Part shown: one piece after another, positions 53,901-64,000 of the stretch
How the letters are laid out: every line of letters begins with the position of its first letter
Numbering within the stretch: the first letter of the stretch is position 1
From: Catajapyx aquilonaris
Lineage: Eukaryota
Reading direction: 5' to 3'
Assembly: GCA_000934665.2 (NCBI GenBank)
Contig: KZ538510.1
Coordinates: forward strand, 1 to 64,000
DNA: 64,000 nucleotides
Translations under genes and position numbers: made by a program
Notes under the pieces: generated by a model
What the model was told of the DNA's origin: nothing
Database searches by the model: none
Seen by the model: only the letters and a program-made list of their open reading frames with translations

Positions 53901-56900
53901 GACTAATTTCATCATCCGCGTAGTTGTCTTGCATCGCCTACGTACAGTATATCCCGCCACAAAATGTGTCGCAACATAATATGTAAATTCCATCTTTACC
54001 TTACTGGCCGAATTAGGGTCTCTTCCGCCAATGTTGACCAAGTCCCTCGGATCGATCTTCCAGAGTAACCCTTCGATCTCCTGCTCGATCTTCCACTTCC
54101 GGTACAGGGAGATGGCAACCACCGTGGCGCAGAAGAGAAGTCCTCCCAGGGTGCCCGCAGCTATTACCCCAGCAGTCTGCTTGTTCCGGGTATTCCGACA
54201 CTTCTTCCCGTTGAATCCGCACATGGGCTCGTCTTCTGGCTTGTGTCTTTTCGGCCAATCCACCTCCAGAGTCGGACGGAGTTGCTGGCAAGAAACGGGC
54301 ACGTCCGTATCACTAGTTATATACTCGCTAAGAGCAGAGCACTACTTGTGAGATATTTCCAGAAGGCGTTTGAGAGGGCAATCAGTCGCTGTTAATTATT
54401 AATTACAAACTGGGTCATGATAAGGCACACTGAGAGTCGAACTCAGGATTATCATCAAACCAGAAGGCTACCATTACACAAAGTCCTAACCAAGTCTGGC
54501 AATAACTGGGGCTAGCCTTGGACGAGAAGCGCAACAAGAACATGAGGATGAGGGACATTTCGCAAATTTTTTTGACGGCCAAGAACGCCCAAGAACGTCT
54601 TAATTTTGACATCTGCGAGTCACGCGATGCCACACATGTGGACAATGTCACTGGCGCAAACTATGCCGCCTCTACTCCGCTAACAAGCTCCACAAATCAT
54701 TGAAATATATGGGCCTTCTCCTAAAGCTCTCACGATGACAAGAAAACCAGTCCGCCGGCTGGAGAAAGGAAGGCAATTTCTACGTAACGTGCCCTTGCTC
54801 CTTATTAGCAACCGTTCCCATTTGGGTTCTATTTTCCCGCTATGGACGTCAGCAAAAAAAAAAAAAAAAAAAAGAAAAGAAAAAAAAAAACTGAACACAT
54901 TACAGGTAGGCGTGAAGGCCCCACCGAGAGTCGAACTCGGACCGCTGGATTTTCAACTAATCCAGTGTGCTGCCGTTACACCACCGGACCTTCGTTGCCT
55001 ACGTTTTAACTCTAAGTACAATATCGTGTACCGCACTGTGCGGATGGCTGACTTAACACACAATAACTGAAACAGCTTACCGGCAGGGCCGTTCCGTCCG
55101 TTTTCCAGAACTGTGCTACTGGGATCATGTGGTAGTTGCACAAGAATGTGTAGGAATCTGTGCTGTAGGTGTAGTTGTGAGCTTTTAGAGACACTAGAGT
55201 GAAGTTGCCCTCGGAGTCGCCATTCTCATCCATGCGGATGTCGGCACCGGTGATACCTGTCAGAATCAGTCGTTTACAAAAACCCCAATCAATACACATG
55301 CTGAAACTGTCGTATTTTGTTGTCTGGAAATTGCATGAATGAGTCAAGTTTAATGAAAATCGCGTCATAACATTAAGTAATTTCCTGCCGCACATAAGTG
55401 ACAATCAAACAAGCGGCTGGCCACCCAGTCCTGCACATGCGCCTCCATCGCAAAATCTCATAAACACAAATAAGATGGCACATGCGCAGGAGGTGGAGTC
55501 CAGATGTGCTGCTTTCATTTTCCTTGTATGCTAATACTCTCTAACAAACTCCGAACAAGCGCCATCAAAGATTATACTCATCAGAAAGAACTATAGTTTG
55601 GTAGCAAAATCGAGCAATATCTGAGCAAGTGACTCATACAGTACAAGACTCCATGCTGCGAATTACCTAACATGCATCTTCCTCAAAAATCTGCAATGTA
55701 AGCACCAAGCAGACCCACGCACACAAAAAGCCACACTTACTCTTATACGTCATGTTGCTAATCTCCTTCAAGATGAGAGTGCCATTTCGAGCCAGCGATT
55801 GCACTATTGTATCGTTGTCCGCACCGTACCGCTGCATCAGTCTGTCCAGGGCATGAGCGTACAGGAACACCGAATCGTATAAGTTAGCCGCATAGATACT
55901 CACAAACTGCAAAAAAGAAAAAGAAAAAAAGAACGGGGTTCTTGATTACGTAACGATTGTATATTTAGCAGGAATTCTACACTTTTGATCGTTGTGCTCT
56001 TTGCAAAACTTGGGGCTTCCCAGATTATGCAGTCATTCAAGTCGTCCTTCACATTCCGGTTATGTATATGTCTTTCCTCTCTCAGTCTGCAGGCACGCGA
56101 GCAAATACAATCGACATCCGTCACAAAAACCTGAGTCTAGTGCAACGCATCCAATATTTTGGCCCCCGTACAACTCTGGAATATTTGCAACCTTGCCAAA
56201 GTTGGCTCCCACGACTAGTCAAGTGAGGATAATAAAAAAAAAGTCGATGTTGTAATCGCGACGTCAATGTCTTCCTAACAAACGTGCCAGGTTGCAAATC
56301 AAGGGCAACCGGTGTGAATGACTGTAGCTTCAGTTAAAGTGACATAACCTGCATTCGCAATATACATTGTATGAATATGCTAATAGACGAAACACTATAA
56401 ATTACATATATCTACGGTACTAAAGATATAGCATATTTCATCAGTCTGTAGCTATGTATAGAATACCTTATAACGCCCACGCCTGCTGTATCATAGAAAG
56501 GAGTTTAGACTTCCTTACACTAGTCTTGGCAGCTTGTTCGTGTATATTTTGGACTGTAATTACTACATGGAACATGTTAATTAGGAGGCAAAAGTATTCA
56601 GTAAGTATTCCGCATGACGGTCATGTTTGACAATGAGATGAAACTACGTATATGAATGTTGAGCGAATAAGTCAGACAGTCCCATAGAATACTGTCTTCA
56701 ACAGTTATCTAATTCACTAGTATTAATAGGCTCAGTCCAGAATATTTAATGCGGTAACTGACATATATAGGGCTTGTTTTAAAGAGATTACATCAAAGCG
56801 AGTTATGTGACATTATTCCCCAAACCGCTCTAATCCTTTCCCTATTATGACTTACTGCGGCGATTAATCTCGTCAGAGCCACCCCAAGATCACGCTGGGT

Positions 56901-59900
56901 AAGTCGAAGGGACAGGATGAAATACATACCAACGGCATAAAAAAACGATGTTCAACGAGTACAAATATCCGATATTAATTGAAAAAACGATTCACAAGCG
57001 ATCCACAGGATATTACACAAACGCCTAGATCCGCGTCGTGATGGTCATTCCTATACCATAACTTAAACAACGACGGTCTCCCAGCACAGTAACGTTAGCA
57101 GCGCCTGCGATTTAAAACTGCGTCTCAAATACATTGCCAGTGCAGATATAGGTATCTCGACTGCTGGAACATCGGATAAGTCAAGGCGCCGTATACGCCA
57201 TGAGTCCCATGACCTATTGTTTCGGGAGCGGTTGTGATCGACAGTCCTCTCGTCAATTCCCCCAAATACGTATATCTAAATGGTAAGAATAAAGTTTGAG
57301 AGGTTCAGTCAAGGACCAGGGGTCCTGCCACAGGAAAACATGGAAGTTCACAATGCAATTATGCAATTTGGAGCACCCACTCACCCCCTGGGCTCTGTGG
57401 CCCTCATTCAATCTCGCCAGCTAAGAAAAGAACAAATAACCTAGCCCAGAGCATAACCTTCCTTTCTCCATCCAGCTAGTCCTATCTGAATAATCTAGGC
57501 AGCAAAATCAACCGCCAGGCATTATGGCATATTCGCAAAGCCACTCCCTAAACGAACTTCAGAAGCTCAATTTACATATCAATGCCAAATTGAGCTTTTA
57601 AAGTTCTCTTGGACAAAAAAGTGGCTGTATGAATAGAGTAATAGACCATTACCTCCCTTCCTTGTACTGTACAGCACATGACGAGAAACAAATGATCTTT
57701 GAACACATCTTTGATTCTCAAATAACATATAGGAAACGTACTGTGCTGGACATTAACTGTACAGCACTGTACCAGAAATGACATAAAGGACATACCTTCT
57801 TCATTCCGAAGACGGACGGATTCGGAAATTTGAAAGGCTCTTTCAATGTGTACTCCTGAACTTCGCTGGAAAAATTGGTGAAGTCTTGATCCGGCGGTGT
57901 AGCCGCTACCACCAGCAGTGACCTGGCTGCCTCCAAGTTCAGCGCATTGTTGCAATGCATATGTTCCTTGCTACCAACTATCTCACGAGCTAAAGGTGAA
58001 GGAGGTAGTTAGTTGGCGAGGGAAAATGGGGGTTATGACTTTTATGAATATGTAGAGTAAGCATCCAGATATGGTCGGGACAATGTCCCTGAAATCCGTT
58101 GCAAAAGGGCCTTTAAGTGCACGAGGAGGGCCATCGATTTTCCCACCCTCCCACCCACCCACTCTCCACAGGCTCATATGCCCAAAAAACGCCCTGGGGG
58201 ACGTTAGCCCCAGTTTCTGTGGAGAAGTTCATTCACGGAACAACCGCATTTTCTCAACACTATCGATCAATTACGTGAACCTGTCCTGGAGCTTAGGTGC
58301 GAGACGCTCCTGGTCTAGATTTATAATTGCTGCCAAGGGTTTAAAAGACGAAAAGATTATACGCTCAAAATTGGCGGCTTGACATCACCGAACACTCGCC
58401 ATCTCCAAGTGAATTGGCCCTGTCATTTATGCATGGACACATTTTCTTAAGTCTCGAACGGGGTTCATATATGATCCGGTGTATGGGTATGGCACGGGTA
58501 TAGCGGCCGGTGGATCCTCCAACTACGTTTCATAGGTACTGGGAGGCACGTGTGGCAGTTATTGGATTGCCGCAATGTGGGGATGGGGGTCCTGAACCTA
58601 AACCAGTCTTGCAAATAAAAACACCGGCTCGTGCCCAAAGGATAAAGGCCTTGAGGCCAATGGATGACAACTCTGAGTCGCACGGTAGGACTACCGACTA
58701 CGGAGTGAATTCGTCTGGCAGCGTGGCTCAAGAGCTTTCTGGATGAGACAACCAAGATCGACAAGCTCCTGTCGCGACGGTTTTCACAAACTTGGTGGTC
58801 AGAAACAACGACATACCAGGACGGATACATCCTCCCGAATTTTGATTACAGTATAAAAGTTCCTACGGCAGTAGGATGACCAGCACATTACTATACCCTC
58901 AATCACATGTGACGGGAGGTAGGTCGTACTTCTCAGAGCTCTTAAGCCATCGATATGAATCTTCTCTTACAATTTCTGAACCAAGAACATTTCAGGTCGC
59001 CTCTTTTATTTAGTATAAGCCTGTCACATTTGGCGGGCTCAAGAATACAGGCGAGTCCGAGACATTTTCACAGATATGAATGTACTTGTAAGCTTGCTTA
59101 TGAAACCCACCACATGCAGGATCAAAATACTCACAGAAAAGGTACCGGTACGCCTCTCGCTCAGTGTACATCATGAGATCGACGTATATGACCATGTACT
59201 CCCCCTTGTTGAACAAGTTGATCCGCTTCATATTGGTCATCATGGCCATGAAGTGCTTGTGCTCGCCCAGAAATACGTACACTGCAATAGTTCCGAGAAA
59301 GAGAGTCATCGCACACCCCAAAACCCATCAGTGGTGGCCGTCAACCGTGAGCGACAGAAAACAACTGCTCGTGTAAATGCATGCCGATATAAAATGACGG
59401 TAAGAATTTGGCAAGACTTGTAAATGGCACGATTTTAATTTAATTAATTCAAATTTTAAATGAATTTCTACACGATATCGGAATGATATGTTGAAGAAGT
59501 TGCTTCCCCCTCGCATGAACGTGCACAGTACTCACACCTGGTGCTGTCTTTGGTCTTCATGATGACATCGTACCAGTAGCCCGCCTTGCAGCATGGCTTC
59601 TCCTCTTGGCAGCACATGTTCTCGTCGTAGAACTCCTTGAAGGCGTTGATGGTCATGTTGTTGTCTAGCGCAAGTTTTCGCAGGGACTTCCCCACCGTCT
59701 TCCATTTGTCACTGCTTTCCACCAGGATAGTGAACTTGCGCCATTCGTAGTACTTTAGCAAAGCGATCACGGATTTCGTTATCTGAAAACCGGAAGGAGG
59801 CATCCTTGTTATTCGCCATTCTTTTCGGGTCACATCGATTATTTTGGATGTCGGAAGGTACAGAAATTTCAAGCATTCGCAAGTGCTGTGAAAGCTGTTT

Positions 59901-60179
59901 ACATGCCTATCAGTCAGCGACGCATGTGTGTTGTTTTAGAGTCAAGACTGAGGGTGAACTTTGCACAAGCAGTGACGTCCAACGCGGATATATTCCCATT
60001 TAACCCTCGAAATGTTGGCACAATACCGGACAATGCAAGTAGTATGACGTCACCGACAGAACCTCCCCAGATTCCAATATAGCAAAAATAGGAAACAAAC
60101 ATACCTGAGTATCTGGGGTGTCAGTTCGTGCGAAGGTTGGAAATTTCTTCTTGTCCGAAACCGTGTTGTCTGAGCATTT
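44948..60179 (-). CDS. Gyc76C: Receptor-type guanylyl cyclase, Gyc76C-like (5'-partial; one exon probably in the assembly gap)
   Basis: Minus-strand exons 60179-60105, 59782-59536, 59281-59135, 57989-57796, 55906-55741, 55256-55081, 54284-54000, 50684-50424, [missing], 49166-49001, 48901-48755, 48529-48325, 46990-46850, 46483-46360, 46305-46207, 46151-46007, 45939-44948; all located junctions are GT-AG and phase-consistent. ANF-receptor ectodomain ([26 protein letters not shown]), TM helix, kinase-homology domain ([22 protein letters not shown]), coiled coil ([12 protein letters not shown]), cyclase ([39 protein letters not shown]) with the GTP-specifying E and C, C-terminal ESVV. Confidence 0.92.
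46518..46810. mobile_element. Ginger-like foldback MITE in a cyclase intron
   Basis: TGT...ACA termini, TIR TGTTAGGTTCAAACCCGGAAAACGGCCA / TGGCCGTTTTCGGGGTTCGAGCCTAACA, 4-bp TSD CATA (46514-46517, 46811-46814), arrays of CTAG-centred sub-terminal repeats on both arms. Confidence 0.8.
49434..49775. other. Assembly gap (342 N) between a G run and a C run
   Basis: Directly visible. Confidence 1.
52421..52507 (-). mobile_element. hAT-like non-autonomous element end, copy 2
   Basis: Inverted near-identical match to 14246-14333. Confidence 0.65.
54916..54990 (-). ncRNA. tRNA-Gln-scaffold cloverleaf, copy C (cyclase intron), expanded anticodon arm
   Basis: Minus strand: GGTCCGG-TG-GTGT AACGGCA GCAC-A-CTGGA TTAGTTGAAAA TCCAG-CGGT-CCGAG TTCGACT CTCGG-TGGGGCC-T. 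One G:G mismatch in the acceptor stem; long T run about 25 nt downstream. Confidence 0.7.
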
Positions 60180-63100
60180 CTGTAAAAGAACAATCGTTAT
60201 TATTTAGCAAGTGCCCCTTGAGAGCGCAACAATAAAACATGGCCGGAACATGTACAGAGGAATGTAGAAAAAACAGCAGATGAAAATCCCCGTGGCGCCG
60301 AGCTGGCTTCAATATTCCACGCCCCTGATTATATCAGTCCGGTCTAACCTCAGCAATGCAAAATCAAAAAGTTGGCTAACAGCTCAGACAGACCTCAAGA
60401 GATAACAGGAGATAAGTGACCGGCTTCTCTGATTGCATCTTCACACCCAGTGGAATGGGATAGCCTACAGATGTAGTGACGTACAATGTTTTCAGCCTTA
60501 TGGTACTGACGTCATAAGTTCTTATATTTAGTTACATTGTTGATATTGTTGACAAACCTTGTTGCCCAAATGTTCTGACGTTATTACTGAGGCTGAATAC
60601 GTTATATTATAAACTCACAGAACCCATTTAGGGCCGGGTATCCAGTGGCCCGCAAATATTTTTCTTTTAGATAATTTGAAAGAAAAGTGGAAAATTTCAG
60701 TGTGGTCGTCAACAATAAACACCAATTAAATTTTCCATTTTCCCGTCTAAAAATGTTTCCTGGTCTCGGCACAACAGGTCCTTACTGGAACATGGGACGT
60801 TTTAAATAATCAACATGTCAGGCTGGAAAAACAGACTTAGCTATGAGCAGTATATAGAAGGAAGTTGGACAAATCTAGTTTTTGGACGCCACGTTTTGTC
60901 ATGTCAAGCACCTTGTCGAGTCTTCTCCATTAGCGGGTGTCTAAGCATGAGTATTCGGCCTTGAAATTCTAGCTACTAAAAACGTTCACGGGCCTTAGAA
61001 ATGATAGCAGTAGATGGCCCAACATACTATAAAATATGTACTATAAATATGTACTATGTGTGCCCAAAGCTCAGTTGTATTTTTACACTGTACAGCAAAA
61101 TTTTATAAGCAATGTACCTTCGTTGTTGGACCACCTTGCATCTGTGCATTCTATGCATCATCAATAGTATAGTAGAAGTAACAGTTGCGTGATTTAGGCA
61201 CATTCTCAAGGCATATTAAGAAGATGAGGTATTAACAGAGCATAAACTGCAGTGTCACAACGCGGTGCTCTAGTGTACTGTCACTGCTGTGTAAGAGATT
61301 CATTTACATACCGCAGCTTCATTTTGACAAAAAAATGACCAGCACGTGACAAAACGCTGGCTACGACACCGACAAGGAATGACCTCGCCGTAAACAAAAG
61401 CGGAAGACACGTGGGTGACGGAAAAGGCGTTTCCACCACAAGGGAGACATGATGAAGTCACTAATCACCAGAGGTTTATGACACGCACTGTTATTTTTTC
61501 CATCGAAACTAAATAGTCCACAATGAATAACGCATGTTGTTCACATTCTTCCCGAAAATAATCCCAATAAATGAAGAGGTGACTCATGTCATAATAATAT
61601 GTAACCATTAATATCTCTACCAATAAGGGCGTCAATTGGCCAATCCGTTATCTAAAATGCAGCCAAAGATGAGTTTATTTGCCTGAATAGGAAAGAAAAA
61701 TGTGATGAGTTGTGGTATCAAAGGAGGTCAGTTTTTACGATATCACATGCAATGAGTTTATTAACTTCAAGTAAAACGCGAAAAAACATGTGGGCAGTGA
61801 AATTAGGCCGGCTTATACCACATGTGACAACTGGGGACGTTGTGACATCGCCATTTTATCAGAAATGCGAATGACCCCTGATATTACGAAACCAAGAAGA
61901 GATTCAAAATGCACTTCCTTCATAATTTTTAATTCAGATTATTTTCATCATTTACATATTTTACGCATTAAAATGCCCGTACAATAATTATTACTGACGC
62001 AACTAGTTCTCTCATGACTCATTTCCCTTCCATGTCCTGATGCCAAATGCCTTTTCTTTTCCTTACTCGCTTGGGCTGGAATCTCATGTGTTCTTATGAT
62101 GGGTTTACTCTGATTACATTAAACCATAGAGGAAGTCAATCAGCACTATTTCTTACCAGAAGCCACAAAAATCACAATCGCCTGAAACATTTAGTCAGTC
62201 ACGGCATCAACTGCTTAACTTAATAAAAATAAAACTTTCAGAGTAGCTGAAATGGATAGAGCTGGATGGGCAGTGGAGTATTGGATGTACAATATTGCCC
62301 GCGGCCTCTATTGTGACTTGGGGGATTAAAAGACCCGCTTCCCTATTCCATCCATCTGTCTCCTTGAGCCTTAGCGACACTGAACTGAATCTGTTTCTCG
62401 AAAGTAAAAATATTTGCTTTTGATCAAAATGGGAAAATAAAGCGCTTCGTTTTCATAGTTAGCACGACTCGCATATACGAATAACAACACATGATTACTG
62501 TCCGCATGCAATAAGCGCATATGATAAGCACTTCCCATACATTGAAGCGTCATAAAACTCGACATCCTCTGCTTCATAAACTACGTTAACTACCAGATAA
62601 TTTTCAAAATCATGCACCATCCGCTTCCCCTATACATTTGCGAAATCCCTCTTTCACAAACGTTACGCAATTTGAGGGTCGACGCGACGCGTCCCACCGC
62701 GTTTCCTACCCAACCGTGACACGTCACCTCCCTCGGTCTATTTAATGTGACTATACATTATACTATTATAGCACTTTAGCTCCTTATCGTCTCCTCCAAA
62801 AATACTCTGGGGGGCTTCCAGGATGTTAGGCTTCCCCACAAGCCACACACTGCGGCACAACATCCTCCGCTTCTACGAATTGTTCAAGTGGTCGTAAACG
62901 CTCTGTACTCTACTTCCCTAGAATTCACTCCTTTTCAAGCTGCCATATTGCATATTGCCTCCCGTTTCAAAGAACCTTCAATATGAGGAAGAGGAAGATG
63001 GAAATGATCAAACATATACGTAATTCGTACATAACCCTGCGACTCACAGTACAGTTCCGGAAGCATTCCTATAAGCTAGCCATTAGACAGCAGCAGGATG

Positions 63101-64000
63101 ATGCAATTTTACCATTCGGCAAAATAGTGTGCATAGCAAGGTATCGCTGTGAAACGACGATAAGCATATAATATCAGTTGTATGCCCATAAAATTTGACC
63201 CTTACCCTTGTTTACGATCAGTATTACTCTTCCGCTTCTTCTTTTGTCCTCTCGTGGCACTGAACCCCCCCCCCCCCTTCGGATTTAAACCACTGTGTGC
63301 CAACAGGAATCAGCAAAATAACCCCGGAATCGCAGTGCCCAGTATATTGACACCACACGACCTTTTGCACACTCCCGGGTTCGCTGTCCTTTGCTATATA
63401 TCGCTCGACAGCCCTATAATTTTCTTTCGCCAAAACTATAATTTCAATGCTATATAGCAGCCGGCTGCTTTTAATATCCTGCCCTCTTGTCACAGGTACG
63501 TCACGTGAATTGATTCTTACAAGGAAAATAGCACAGCAAGTTTGCCTCGCGAAGTGGAAAATTTGCTTTGCATAACATTGCATATTGAATATTGGCTGGA
63601 GCTTCCGGATTCTTCCGATGACGTTTACGGCCAATATCTGTGCGGAAACGGGACTTCGCGTCCCTGATATTTTCAGAATGTGGCAGAAAACATGACCACG
63701 CTATTTTTATATTCTACCAGGCAGAGAGAATAAGGAAAGAAAATCGCATAGAGTCGCCCCTTTTTTTCTACTGGCTCATTACAAGTACTACTCGTTATGA
63801 TGACTCATCCCATCAAGTTTAATGACACCGAGGCAATGATGCCAAGTACTGGGCGCAAAAGGGTTGGGTCTGCAATATGTACATGTATCTACCAGTGGAT
63901 AATGACGTGCCCAAATTTCCCGTAAGTTCTGGCTGATAGATAGTCGCCGCCACGTTTAGACGTAGTGGCTGGTAGGCCAGACTCATCACACTTGAACCGG

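Noticed and set aside
60180..64000. Upstream cyclase exons
   Set aside because: No exon with a signal peptide or N-terminal ANF-receptor motif was recognised; they probably lie beyond the window.
1..64000. CRISPR arrays, operons or other prokaryotic systems
   Set aside because: Spliceosomal genes and SINEs throughout; no repeat-spacer array seen.

Overview
Intron-rich arthropod-type eukaryotic DNA with three spliced protein-coding genes that can be rebuilt exon by exon. (1) A + strand group VI (Cht6-like) GH18 chitinase (14791-23957) with an intact catalytic motif, two CBM14 domains and a long mucin-like linker; its start exon is not firmly located. (2) A + strand single-pass LRR protein resembling halfway/singed wings (37338-39847). 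(3) A convergent - strand receptor guanylyl cyclase resembling Gyc76C (44948-60179); its 5' exons were not found in the window and one kinase-homology exon probably lies in the N-gap. Non-coding DNA holds two tRNA-headed SINE families with clear target-site duplications, several MITEs (TA-TSD types, one Ginger-like, hAT-like ends), microsatellites and three near-perfect palindromes. The most unusual signal is three stand-alone tRNA-Gln-scaffold cloverleafs (15637, 40325, 54990), one per gene and each sense to it. Their stems are largely preserved, their anticodon loops are all different and non-canonical, and each sits on an extended flanking stem with unrelated sequence. All calls come from manual reading; no searches were run.
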